Assembly (NCBI GenBank): GCA_963759445.1
Contig: CAVWZC010000009.1
Span: 1,704-65,703, forward strand
Direction of reading: 5' to 3'
DNA: 64,000 nucleotides
Origin: an uncultured Solirubrobacteraceae bacterium
Lineage (GTDB): Bacteria > Actinomycetota > Thermoleophilia > Solirubrobacterales > Solirubrobacteraceae
Shown here: one piece after another, positions 43,214-54,255 of the stretch
Layout: every line of letters starts with the position of its first letter
Position numbering within the stretch: the stretch's first letter is position 1
Position numbers and translations under genes: made by a program
Notes under the pieces: model-generated
What the model saw: only the letters and a program-made list of their open reading frames with translations
The model's database searches: none
What the model was told of the DNA's origin: nothing

Positions 43214-43755
43214 CCGACGTTCTCAGGAAGAGCGCGTGCAGGCGCTCGTCGGCGCCGAGCTCGGCGTGGAAGGCGACGGCGAGCAGCGCTCCCTGGCGCG
43301 CCGCCACGGGGTGCCCCTCGAGCTCGCGAGCACCTCCACCTGCGCGCCGTGCCTCGGCGATCCAGGGCGCGCGGATGAAGATCGCGCGCAGCGGCCCGCC
43401 GGGCAGGCCGCGCAGCTCGAGGTCGGCCTCGAAGCTCCGGATCTGGCGCCCGAAGGCGTTGCGCTGGGCGCGCATGTCCATCAGGCCGAGGTGGTCACGG
43501 TCGAGCATGATCAGCCCCGCGCACGAGCCGAGCACGGGCGCACCCTGGGCGGCGAGCGCGCGCAGCGGCTCGGCGCAGGCCCTCGCGCTCGATGCCGAGC
43601 GTCATCGTGGTGGACTCCCCGCCGGGGATGACGAGCCCGTCGAGGCCCTCGAGATCCGCGGGCACGCGCACCTCGCGCGTGCCCGCCCCGAGGCGGGCGA
43701 GCATGCGCTCGTGCGCCTCGAAGCCGCCCTGCAGTGCGAGCACCCCGATCAGCAC
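43092..43755 (-). CDS. pdxT: PLP synthase glutaminase subunit (frameshifted; 3' end uncertain)
   Basis: [45 protein letters not shown]. Confidence 0.9.
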
Positions 43756-43824
43756 GTCTCCCCTGCCTGTCCGCGGCCCTCGACGCTCACGGCGTGCTGC
43801 GCGCCGTGCTCGCCAGGGGGTCTG

Positions 43825-44711
43825 CTACCAGCCTCGCTGGGCGAGGAGCTGCTCGCCCTCGAGCTTCGAGGTCTCGAGGCTGCTCATGGGCGTGCCGAGG
43901 CCGCGCGAGGCACGCGCGACGCGCTCGGCGTCCTGCCAGTGCGTCGTGGCCTCCACGATCGCCCGCGCGCGGGCGGGCGGGTCCTCGGACTTGAAGATGC
44001 CCGAGCCCACGAACACGCCTTCCGCGCCGAGCGCCATCATCAGCGCGGCGTCGGCCGGGGTGGCGATCCCACCTGCGCAGAAGAGCACGACGGGCAGGCG
44101 GCCGGCCGCAGCGACGCTGCGCACGAGGTCGAGCGGGGCCGCCGAGCTCCTTGGCGGCGCTCGGGAGCTCGTCGGTCGCCGAGCATCGTCAGGCGGCGGA
44201 TCGCGCCGGTGATCGCGCGCATGTGGCGCACGGCCTCGACGATGTCGCCGGTGCCCGCCTCGCCCTTGGAGCGGATCATCGCGGCACCCTCGCCGATGCG
44301 CCTGAGCGCCTCGCCGAGGTTGGTGGCGCCGCAGACGAAGGGGATCTTGAAGTCCCACTTGTCGATGTGGTTGGCCTCGTCGGCGGGCGTAAGCACCTCG
44401 GACTCGTCGATGTAGTCGACCTCGAGCGCCTCGAGCACGCGTGCCTCCATGAAGTGCCCGATGCGCGCCTTCGCCATCACGGGGATGCTCACGGCCTGCT
44501 GGATGCCGGCGATCATCTCGGGGTCGGACATGCGTGCCACGCCGCCGTCGCGGCGGATGTCCGCGGGCACGCGCTCGAGCGCCATCACGGCGGCCGCGCC
44601 GGCCTCCTCAGCGACCGCGGCCTGCTCGGCGTCGACGACGTCCATGATGACCCCGCCCTTGAGCATCTCCGCGAGCCCGCTCTTGACGCGGAATGTCGCC
44701 TCGTCGCGCAT
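43825..44711 (-). CDS. pdxS: PLP synthase lyase subunit (frameshifted)
   Basis: [60 protein letters not shown]. Confidence 0.95.
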
Positions 44712-44762
44712 GGGCAGCATTTTGACAGGCGCCGGCGCCCTCGGCCTCTCGGCCGCCCCTGA

Positions 44763-45305
44763 TTGAATGCGCCGATGCAGCGCCTGCTCTACGGGGTGGA
44801 CCGCTACCTCCGCGACGGGCGAGACGTACTCGCCGGCTTTCGCACTGATGGCCCGTACGGGCGCATCGTCGTGGACGACGAGGCATACGAGATCGCCCAC
44901 CTCGGGAAGTACGGCTGGCATTTCCGGCTCCTCGACGAGCGCGACCAGACCGTCTGCGACTACACCCCGTCACGACTGGTGCGGGGTGGGCGCCTACGCG
45001 GCCGCTGGACCGACGTGAGCCTCCGCGCGACACCGCTCCGCCCTTTCAGGTGGGTCTTCCGTGGCGACGGGGGCTGGCGGTTGCAGGCCAAGGTCTCCGC
45101 CGCCCTGCCCCGGGAACAAGAAGTCGTAGAGGTCGGCGGCGCGCACGTCCGGCGAGTCACGCTGTCAGGCGGCCCGGCATATGAGATCGAGCTGGACGGC
45201 GAGCCGCCGGTGCGGTCGACGGAACTGTCGCTGCAATTGGCCTTCGGCTGCTGGATCCTCGTCGAGCGCCAATCGCTCCCGGTCCCGTCCACGGGTGGGG
45301 GTTAA
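44763..45305 (+). CDS. Hypothetical protein
   Basis: 180-aa ORF filling the gap; beta-rich pattern with C-terminal hydrophobic helix. Confidence 0.6.
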   Translation: MNAPMQRLLYGVDRYLRDGRDVLAGFRTDGPYGRIVVDDEAYEIAHLGKYGWHFRLLDERDQTVCDYTPSRLVRGGRLRGRWTDVSLRATPLRPFRWVFRGDGGWRLQAKVSAALPREQEVVEVGGAHVRRVTLSGGPAYEIELDGEPPVRSTELSLQLAFGCWILVERQSLPVPSTGGG

Positions 45306-45331
45306 CGGGTCCCGGTGCAGGGCGCGAACGC

Positions 45332-46221
45332 CTACTTCAGGCGGAAGGCCTTGATGCGGTCGTCGTACTGCGCGCTGTCCTGCGCGTAGACGCCGTAGGC
45401 GAGGCCCTGGATGATGCTCAGCAGCGCCGCGTGCGAGCGCACGTAGGCGGGGCTGTTGGAGGAGTAGTAGAGCTTGATCTGCGCGAGCTTGGCGACCTCC
45501 GAGAGGGTCGCGTCGGTGATCGCGGCGGTGCGCGCCTGGCGGTGGCGCGCGAGCTTCATGGCGCGCACCACGAGCGGGTGCGGGCGCCCAGCGGAAAGGC
45601 CGATCACGAGCGTGCCGGCGTCGATGCGCCCGAGCGGCTCGAGAGTGCCTCCTGAGAGGGGCTCGCGACGACCTCGACGCGAAGGTCGAGCAGCATCAGC
45701 AGGTGGCGCAGGTAGCTCGCGAAGAACGCCATCTGGTCGGTGCCCGCTACGAGCACCTTTTCGGCGCCGACGATCGCCTCGATCAGCGTCTCGACGGCGC
45801 TGCGCGAGACCTTGCGCGCGGTCTCCTCGAGGTTCAGGTGGTCAGCGGCGAGCGCGGCCTCGAACTCGTTCTGGTCGAGCGAGAACAGCGGTGCGGAGTT
45901 GGCGGCGACGCCCTCGGCGGCTTTCGCGTTGACGCGCCGGTATTCCTCGCGCGCGGCTGCCTGCAGCTCCGGGAAGCCCTCGAACCCGAGCGCCTGCGAG
46001 AAGCGCACAACGGTCGAGCTCGACGTGTTGGCGCGCCTGGCGAGCTCCTCGGCGGTCTGGAAGGCGGCCTCGTCGAGGTGGTCGACGATGTACTGGGCGA
46101 CGTCCTTCTGCGAGCGCGAGCACTCCTCGAAGCGGGCCTGGATGTACTTGGAGAGGCTCTGGTGCTCGCCGGAGCCCCCCGCGGAGAAGGGCTCTGGCTG
46201 CTTGGTGGCGGCGCGCTTCAT
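45332..46221 (-). CDS. MurR/RpiR-family regulator (HTH + SIS; frameshift near 45640)
   Basis: SQKDVAQYI...TAEELARRANTSSSTVVRFSQALGFEGFPELQ; SIS segment AITD. Confidence 0.9.
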
Positions 46222-46324
46222 CGGCGGTGTTGTTCGACGCCCGCGCCCCGCACTCCTCCCCACTCGCGCAAGAGAGAGTTGGCGCCTGGGAGTCGGGTGC
46301 GGCCGCGAGGGGTGCGCGCGTGGC

Positions 46325-46350
46325 TGATCCGCGCGCGTGATCGAGGCGTA
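46325..46350 (+). promoter_or_regulatory. ECF (RpoE/ECF11-like) promoter TGATCC-N16-CGTA
   Basis: Sequence tgatcc gcgcgcgtgatcgagg cgta, 32 nt before the FAD oxidoreductase start. Confidence 0.5.
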
Positions 46351-46382
46351 CATAGGCTGGACGCCATGCGAACCTGCAAGCC

Positions 46383-47639
46383 ATGAAGATCGCGATCGTG
46401 GGCGGGGGCATCTCCGGTCTGGTGGCGGCGTACCTGTTGGCGGGCGAGCACGAGATCACCGTCTACGAGGCGGCCCCCTACGCGGGCGGGCACACGAACA
46501 CGATCCGCGTGGATACGCCGGAGGAGACGCACGCGGTCGACACGGGCTTCATCGTGATGAACGACCGCAACTACGCCAACTTCACGCGCCTTTTGGACCG
46601 CCTCGGCGTGGCCAGGCAGCCGACGCAGATGAGCTTCTCGGTGAAGGCCGAGGGCGAGGACTTCGAGTACTGCGGCACGCCGCGCGGCCTCTACTGCCAG
46701 CGCAGCAACATCGTCAGCGTGCCCTTCCAGCGCATGGTCTATGACCTGCTGCGCTTCAACCGCGAGCTGCGCGCACTGCTGCGCCGGGAGCCCACCGGGG
46801 CGGCGGGGTCGGAGTCGCTGGCGGACTTCCTGGCGCGCCAGCGCTTCTCGCGCACCTTTGTGGAGCGCCTGATCGTGCCGCAGGTATCGGCGGTGTGGTC
46901 GGCCGACCCGCATGCATTGCACTCCTTCCCGGTCCGTTTCCTCGCTGAGTTCTTCTCGAACCACGGGATGCTGGGCTTTCGCGACAGGCCCCGCTGGTCG
47001 ACGATCGTTGGTGGCTCGGCGCGTTACGTGGAGGCACTGACCGCGCCCTTTCGCGAGCGCATCCGCCTGAACGCGCCTGTGAGCGCGATCGCGCGGACCC
47101 CCGAGCACGTCGAGCTGACAGTGACGGGCGCTGCGCCCGAGCGCTACGACCAGGTGGTGATCGCGACGCACTCAGACCAGGCGCTCGCGATGCTCACCGA
47201 CGCGAGCGCGCGCGAGCACGAGCTGCTGGGGGCGATCGCCTACAAGCGCAACGAGGCGGTGCTGCACACCGACCCGTCGCTGCTTCCGCGCAGGCGTGGG
47301 GCGCGCGCGGCGTGGAACTTCCACCTGCTGCGCGAGCCCAAGCGCGTGAGCACGGTGACCTACTACATGAACCACCTGCAGCGGCTGCAGGCGAGCGAGG
47401 ACTACTGCGTGACGCTGAACCGCACGGAGGCGATCGACGAGTCGAGGATCATCCGCAGGATCGAGTACTCCCATCCCGTGTTCACCCACGGCGCGGTGGC
47501 CGCGCAGAAGGAGCACGCGAGCATCAGCTCGCTCCAGACGCGCACCCACTACGCGGGTGCGTACTGGGGCTGGGGCTTTCACGAGGACGGCGTGGTGAGC
47601 GCGCTGCGCGCGTGCGCGCCGTTCGGGGCGGCGCTGTGA
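46383..47639 (+). CDS. FAD/NAD(P)-binding oxidoreductase (Rv0449c/UfaD-like)
   Basis: IAIVGGGISG, GGHTNT, VDTGFIV.N, YSHP, GAYWGWGFHEDG. Confidence 0.9.
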   Translation: MKIAIVGGGISGLVAAYLLAGEHEITVYEAAPYAGGHTNTIRVDTPEETHAVDTGFIVMNDRNYANFTRLLDRLGVARQPTQMSFSVKAEGEDFEYCGTPRGLYCQRSNIVSVPFQRMVYDLLRFNRELRALLRREPTGAAGSESLADFLARQRFSRTFVERLIVPQVSAVWSADPHALHSFPVRFLAEFFSNHGMLGFRDRPRWSTIVGGSARYVEALTAPFRERIRLNAPVSAIARTPEHVELTVTGAAPERYDQVVIATHSDQALAMLTDASAREHELLGAIAYKRNEAVLHTDPSLLPRRRGARAAWNFHLLREPKRVSTVTYYMNHLQRLQASEDYCVTLNRTEAIDESRIIRRIEYSHPVFTHGAVAAQKEHASISSLQTRTHYAGAYWGWGFHEDGVVSALRACAPFGAAL

Positions 47640-48427
47640 TGCCCCGCAGCTGTCTTTACGAGGGCACGATCCGACACCGGCGCCTGGAGCCCGTGCGCGA
47701 CGAGCTGCGCTACCGGCTGTTCATGGCCTACCTTGACCTCGAGGAGCTGCCTGCGCTGTTCGACTCGAGCCGGCTTTTCTCGGCACGCGGGCCCGCGCCG
47801 GCGTGGTTTCGCCGCGCGGACCACATGGGCGATGCGCGCGTGCCGCTTGCACAGAGCGTGCGCGAGCTGGTGCGCGAGCGCACGGGCTCGACGCCGGGCG
47901 GCCCGATCGCGCTGCTCACGCATCTGCGCTACTTCGGGCACTGCTTCAACCCGGTGAGCTTCTACTACTGCTTCGACGAGGCCGGCGAGAGCGTGCGAGC
48001 GGTGGCGGCGGAGGTCACGAACACGCCCTGGGGCGAGCGCCACTCCTACGTGCTCGACGACGCTCGGGCGAGCGACCACGGCAGCGCGCGCGTGCTCGAG
48101 GGCGAGCATGACAAGCGCCTGCACGTTTCGCCGCTGATGGGCATGGAGCAGCGCTACCGCTGGAGCGTGAGCGAGCCCGGCCAGACGTTGTCGGTGCATA
48201 TCGGATCGCACGCCGTCGCCTCTAACTCCCCGGAGGGGTCGCGCAGCTTCGACGCGACGCTCGCGCTGCGTCGCAGGGAGATCAGCAACGGCGAGCTGCG
48301 GCGCGTGCTAGCGCGCTATCCGCTGATCACGCTGCGGATCCTCGCGCGCATCTACGGCCACGCGCTGTCGCTGCGCCTGCGCGGCGCGAGCTATTTTCCC
48401 CACCCCGGGCGCTCAGCGGCCGCATGA
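47639..48427 (+). CDS. DUF1365 protein (Rv0448c/UfaO-like)
   Basis: LYEGTIRHRR, FNPVSFYYC, EVTNTPWGERHSY, KRLHVSP; TGATG coupling. Confidence 0.9.
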   Translation: MPRSCLYEGTIRHRRLEPVRDELRYRLFMAYLDLEELPALFDSSRLFSARGPAPAWFRRADHMGDARVPLAQSVRELVRERTGSTPGGPIALLTHLRYFGHCFNPVSFYYCFDEAGESVRAVAAEVTNTPWGERHSYVLDDARASDHGSARVLEGEHDKRLHVSPLMGMEQRYRWSVSEPGQTLSVHIGSHAVASNSPEGSRSFDATLALRRREISNGELRRVLARYPLITLRILARIYGHALSLRLRGASYFPHPGRSAAA

Positions 48428-49707
48428 GCTCGACCGCGCTGGAGCGCAGGAGCGCGACGGCGCTCGAGCCGGCGCCGCGCGCGCGCGCCTCGGCCCGGGT
48501 TGCGCGCCGGATCGTGCTGGCGATGCTCGAGCACGTGCAGGGCGGCGAGATCGTGCTGTGCGAGGGCGGGCACGTCACGCGCGTCGGCACGCTCGATCCG
48601 GAGCGACCGCTGCGGGCGCTCGTGAACGTGCGCGACGAGCGCGTCTACCGCCAGCTGCTGCGTGGCAGCGTCGGGCTCTGCGAGAGCTACATGGACGGGC
48701 TGTGGGACTGCGATGACCTGGTGGCGCTGACGCGCATCGGTGCGCTGAACGTGGGTGGGCTCGACCGCCTGCGGCGGCTGCTCTCCCCCGTGCTCGGGCC
48801 GGCGCAGCGGGGTGCGCGCCTGCTCGCTCGAAACACGCCGCGGCGCTCGCGCAGGCGCATCGCGGCGCACTACGACCTCGGCAACGAGCTCTTCGAACTG
48901 TTCCTCGACCCGACGATGATGTACTCCTGCGCGCTCTTCGAGCGCCCCGGAGCGAGCCTCGAGGAGGCCTCGCTGGCGAAGCTCGATCGCGTCTGCAGGA
49001 AGCTGCAGCTCGTGCCCGAGCAGCATGTGCTCGAGATCGGCACCGGCTGGGGCGGCTTCGCGATCTACGCGGCGAAGAACTACGGATGCCGCGTGACGAC
49101 GACGACGATCTCGCGCGAACAGCACGCCTTCGCCTGTAGGCGCGTGCAGGAGGGGGGCGTGGCGGACCGTGTGGAGGTGCTGCTCGAGGACTACCGCGAT
49201 CTGCGCGGGCGCTACGACAGGCTGGTCTCGATCGAGATGATCGAGGCGGTCGGCTGGCAGTACTTCGAGACCTACTTCCGGCGCTGCTCGGAGCTGCTGA
49301 GCGGCGACGGCGCGATGCTGCTGCAGGCGATCGTGATCGACGACCGCGCCTACGAGGTGGAGAAGGCGGGGCGCAGCTTCATGAACACCCACATCTTCCC
49401 CGGCGGCTGCCTGCCCTCGCTGGAGGTGATCTCGCGCATGCTGGCACGCGCGACGGACCTGCGCCAGGTGCACCTCGAGGACATCACCGCGCACTACGCG
49501 ACCACGCTCGAGCGCTGGCGCGAGCGCTTCCTCGCGAGCGCCGAGCGCCTGCCCGAGCTGGGCTTCGACGAGCGCTTCCGCAGGCTCTGGGAGCTGTACC
49601 TGAGCTACTGCGAGGGCGGCTTCCGCGAGCGACGCATCCGCGACGTGCAGCTGCTGCTCGCAAAGCCAGGCAACCGCTTCGAGCCGCCAGCGCCGCTGGC
49701 CGGCTAG
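48424..49707 (+). CDS. Cyclopropane-fatty-acyl-synthase-family SAM methyltransferase (UfaA1/UfaM-like)
   Basis: HYDLGNELF, MMYSCA, LEIGTGWG, SIEMIEAVG, IFPGG, YCEGGF. Confidence 0.92.
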   Translation: MSSTALERRSATALEPAPRARASARVARRIVLAMLEHVQGGEIVLCEGGHVTRVGTLDPERPLRALVNVRDERVYRQLLRGSVGLCESYMDGLWDCDDLVALTRIGALNVGGLDRLRRLLSPVLGPAQRGARLLARNTPRRSRRRIAAHYDLGNELFELFLDPTMMYSCALFERPGASLEEASLAKLDRVCRKLQLVPEQHVLEIGTGWGGFAIYAAKNYGCRVTTTTISREQHAFACRRVQEGGVADRVEVLLEDYRDLRGRYDRLVSIEMIEAVGWQYFETYFRRCSELLSGDGAMLLQAIVIDDRAYEVEKAGRSFMNTHIFPGGCLPSLEVISRMLARATDLRQVHLEDITAHYATTLERWRERFLASAERLPELGFDERFRRLWELYLSYCEGGFRERRIRDVQLLLAKPGNRFEPPAPLAG

Positions 49708-49753
49708 CGCGCCGCCTGCCGGCGCTCTAGCGGCTCGCTAGGGTGCTCTCGCG

Positions 49754-50911
<1,158 letters not shown>

Positions 50912-50926
50912 CGCTCACTGCGCGCG

Positions 50927-53011
50927 CTACAGCGTGCCCGCGAGCGCGACGAAGTAGTCGAGCGCGGCGGGGTTCGCGAGCGAGTCCACGCTCGCGGCCT
51001 CGCGCACGGGTGCACCCATCAGGATGCGCTTCACCGGGACCTCGAGCACCTTGCCGGAGAGCGTGCGGGGCACCTCCTCGATCTGCAGGACCTCGTTGGG
51101 GACGTGGCGCGGGGAGCAGTCCTCGCGGATGCGCTGCTTGATGCGCGCGGCGAGCTGCTCGTCGAGCTTCACGCCGGGAGCGAGCACGACGAACAGCAGC
51201 ATCCTCAGCTCGCCCGAAGCGCCAGCGCCAGCGGCGTCAGACTTGCCGGCGCCAGCCCCCTCGGCCGGTACGCCGGGTCCCCGCGCGGCGGGCACGTCGA
51301 CGACGAGCGCGTCGAGGACCTCCTCGAGCGCCCCCGCGGCACGGTAGATCTCGCTCGTTCCCATGCGCACGCCCTGGCGGTTGATCGTCGAGTCCGAGCG
51401 GCCGTAGATGACGGCGCCCCCGCGTCGTGTGATGCGGATCCAGTCGCCGTGGCGCCAGACGCCGGGGAACATCGAGAAGTAGCTCTCGCGCAGGCGCTCG
51501 CCGTCCTCATCGCCCCAGAAGAACAAGGGCATCGAGGGCATCGGCTCGGTGATCACCAGCTCCCCTACCTCGTCGATCAGGCTGCGCCCCTGCTCGTCCC
51601 AGGCCGCCACGGCACATCCGAGCATGCGCGCCTGCAGTTCACCCTCATACACCGGCAGGATCGGGCAGCCGCCGACGAAGGCGGTGCACACGTCGGTTCC
51701 GCCGCTGGTGGAGAACAGCCAGATGTCCGCGCCGACCTCCTCATAGACCCATCGGAAGCTCTCTGGCGCGAGCGGCGAACCGGTGGAGCCGACGGCTCGC
51801 AACGCGCCGAGGTCGTATTCGGCGGCTGGCCTTACGCCCGCCTTCTCGGTGTTCCAGAGCAGCCCCGCGCTCACGCCCAGAGAGGTGATGCGCGCGCGCT
51901 CGGCCAGCTCCCACAGCATCCCCAGGTCCGGATGGGCAGGGCTTCCGTCGTAGAGCACGATCGCGGCGTCGCTCAGCAGCGCGCCGATGAGGAAGTTCCA
52001 CATCATCCAGCCGGTGGTGGTGAACCAGAAGAGGCGATCGCCGCCCCTCAGGTCGAGGTGCATGCGCTTCTTCAGCTGCTCGAGCAGGATCCCGCCGTGG
52101 CTGTGCACGATCGCCTTCGGCAGCCCGGTGGTGCCGGAGGAGTAGAGGACCCACAGGGGATGCCCGAAGGGCACCTGCGCGAAGCGCAGCTCGGCGCCCG
52201 CGCCGCGCTCGAGCAGCTCCTCCCAGCTCAGCGACGCGCGCGTGCCGTGCGCCTCGGGGGTCGCATGCGTCTCGAGGTATCCCAGGCGCACCACGTGCTC
52301 GACGGTGGGCAGCTCCGCGAGGATCGCGTCCACGACTGCACCGCGGTCGAAGTCCTTGCCGCCGTGGCGGTAGCCGTCGACCGCCAGCAGCACCTTCGGC
52401 TCGATCTGCGCGAAGCGGTCGATCACGCTACGCGCGCCGAACTCGGGTGCCGCGCTCGACCAGATCGCGCCGATGCTGGCGACCGCGAGCAGCGCGACGA
52501 GCGTCTCCGCGATGTTCGGCATGTACGCGACCACGCGATCGCCTCGCTCCACGCCGAGCGCGCGCAGTCCGCCGGCGGCGGCAGCGACCTGCTCGGCGAG
52601 CTCCTCCCACGTGATCTCCGCGAGCTCGCGCAGCTCGGATGTGTGCAGCACGGCCACCTCCTGAGCGCGCCCCGGGCGCGCGAGCGCACCGGCGCCGCCG
52701 GCGTGGCCGACCAGCAGGTTCTCGGCGTAGTTCAGCTCGGCGCCCTCGAACCAGCTCGCGCCTGGCATCGCGCGGCTCGGGAGCACGCGCTCGTACGGCC
52801 GCGAGTAGCGCACGCCGCAGAACTCCCAGATGTCGGCCCAGAAGTCCTCGAGGCAGTCCACCGACCACCGCCAGCAGTCTGTGTAGCTCTCGAAGCGCAT
52901 GTCCCTGCGCTGCTCCACCCAGCGCATGAACCTCGTCAGCTCTGCGCTCTCGCGCGCCTGCTCGGTCGGCGTCCACAGGGGCCGCTGCTCGCTTTCGGTT
53001 GCGCCTGCCAT
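50927..53011 (-). CDS. Acetoacetate--CoA ligase
   Basis: LNYAENLL, YSSGTTGLPK, TTTGWMMWN, SGGTD, WRHGD, GRSDSTIN, PRTLSGK; SD AAGGAG. Confidence 0.93.
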   Translation of the reverse strand: MAGATESEQRPLWTPTEQARESAELTRFMRWVEQRRDMRFESYTDCWRWSVDCLEDFWADIWEFCGVRYSRPYERVLPSRAMPGASWFEGAELNYAENLLVGHAGGAGALARPGRAQEVAVLHTSELRELAEITWEELAEQVAAAAGGLRALGVERGDRVVAYMPNIAETLVALLAVASIGAIWSSAAPEFGARSVIDRFAQIEPKVLLAVDGYRHGGKDFDRGAVVDAILAELPTVEHVVRLGYLETHATPEAHGTRASLSWEELLERGAGAELRFAQVPFGHPLWVLYSSGTTGLPKAIVHSHGGILLEQLKKRMHLDLRGGDRLFWFTTTGWMMWNFLIGALLSDAAIVLYDGSPAHPDLGMLWELAERARITSLGVSAGLLWNTEKAGVRPAAEYDLGALRAVGSTGSPLAPESFRWVYEEVGADIWLFSTSGGTDVCTAFVGGCPILPVYEGELQARMLGCAVAAWDEQGRSLIDEVGELVITEPMPSMPLFFWGDEDGERLRESYFSMFPGVWRHGDWIRITRRGGAVIYGRSDSTINRQGVRMGTSEIYRAAGALEEVLDALVVDVPAARGPGVPAEGAGAGKSDAAGAGASGELRMLLFVVLAPGVKLDEQLAARIKQRIREDCSPRHVPNEVLQIEEVPRTLSGKVLEVPVKRILMGAPVREAASVDSLANPAALDYFVALAGTL

Positions 53012-53106
53012 CAGCTTCTCCTTGTGGTGAGGGAGGGTCGCTCTTATATCCGTTCGCGGCGATGCGTGGCGAAGCCGGTGTCCCCGACGGCTATTCTCGG
53101 GCGCCC

Positions 53107-54186
53107 GTGGATGCACAAGGACTGCGCGCCGAGTTCCCCGTCCTCGAGCAGCGCGCGTACCTGAACGCCGGCACCGACGGGCCGCTCCCCGCGAGCGCCG
53201 TGCGCGCGGGCGCAGAGGAACTCGAGCGGGAGCTGCGCGACGGTCGCACGCAGGCGCACTTCGAGCGGCGCGCGGAGCTGGCCGAGACGCTGCGCGGCTC
53301 CTACGCGACGGCGCTCGGCTGCGAGCCGGCGGATGTCTCGCTGACGACCTGCACCACCGAGGGCATCGCGCAGACGATCTCCGGCCTTGATCTCGAGCGC
53401 GGCGGGGAGATCCTCACCAGCGACGAGGAGCACCCTGGCCTCCTGGGCGCGCTCGGCGCCGCGCGCGAGCTCCACGGCCTCGAGATCCGCGAAGTGCCGC
53501 TCGAGCGGATCGCGCAAGAGGTCGGGCCGCGCACGCGCCTGGTCGCCTGCTGCCACGTCGGCTGGATGAGCGGCGTCGTGGCACCGGCCGAGCTGCGCGA
53601 GGTGGAGCCGCCGGTGGTGCTCGACGGCGCCCAGGGCGTCGGCGCGATCAGCGTGGACGTTCGCGAGCTCGGCTGCGACGCGTACGCGGCGGCGGGACAG
53701 AAGTGGCTGTGCGGACCTGACGGCACGGGCATGCTCTACACCACACCCGAGCTGCGCGAGCGCATCGCTGTTAGCCGCCGCGGCTACGCGAACCTGGCCG
53801 ACCCCGACGCCGGCGTGGCGGCGAAGCTGCACCCAGACGGGCGGCGCCTCGACGCGCTGTCGCTGAGCGCGGAGGCGCTCGCGATCGCGGTCGTCGCCGC
53901 AGAACTGCTCGAGCGGGCGGGCTGGGCGCGGGTATACGAGCGCGGCTGCGCGCTCGCGGCGCAGCTCGCGCAGATGCTCGAGGAGCGCGGCCGCCCGGTG
54001 GCAGCGCGCGGGCACACGACGCTCGTCTCCTTCCCGAGCGAGGATCCGGCGGGCGAGCGCCTGCGTCTGGCCGAGGCCGGCGTGCTGCTGCGCTCCATCC
54101 CCGGCAGGCCCTGGCTGCGCGCCTCCGTGGGCGCCTGGAACGACGAGAGCGACCTCGAGCGGCTGCTGGCGGCGCTCGGTGCCTGA
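53107..54186 (+). CDS. Class V PLP aminotransferase / cysteine-lyase-like protein
   Basis: YLNAGT, EEHPG, LDGAQGVG, AGQKWLCGPDG. Confidence 0.88.
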   Translation: MDAQGLRAEFPVLEQRAYLNAGTDGPLPASAVRAGAEELERELRDGRTQAHFERRAELAETLRGSYATALGCEPADVSLTTCTTEGIAQTISGLDLERGGEILTSDEEHPGLLGALGAARELHGLEIREVPLERIAQEVGPRTRLVACCHVGWMSGVVAPAELREVEPPVVLDGAQGVGAISVDVRELGCDAYAAAGQKWLCGPDGTGMLYTTPELRERIAVSRRGYANLADPDAGVAAKLHPDGRRLDALSLSAEALAIAVVAAELLERAGWARVYERGCALAAQLAQMLEERGRPVAARGHTTLVSFPSEDPAGERLRLAEAGVLLRSIPGRPWLRASVGAWNDESDLERLLAALGA

Positions 54187-54255
54187 GGGCCGCCCGGCGC
54201 CCACGGCGAGCGCGGACGGCGTCAGGCCGCTCTCGCGGGCGCGCACCCCTCGACC

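Noticed and set aside
34830-45660. Frameshifts in secDF, ruvAB, cyclase, yebC, PMM/PGM, MBL, pdxST and RpiR
   Set aside because: Same pattern of scattered, often compensating indels; treated as assembly artefacts.
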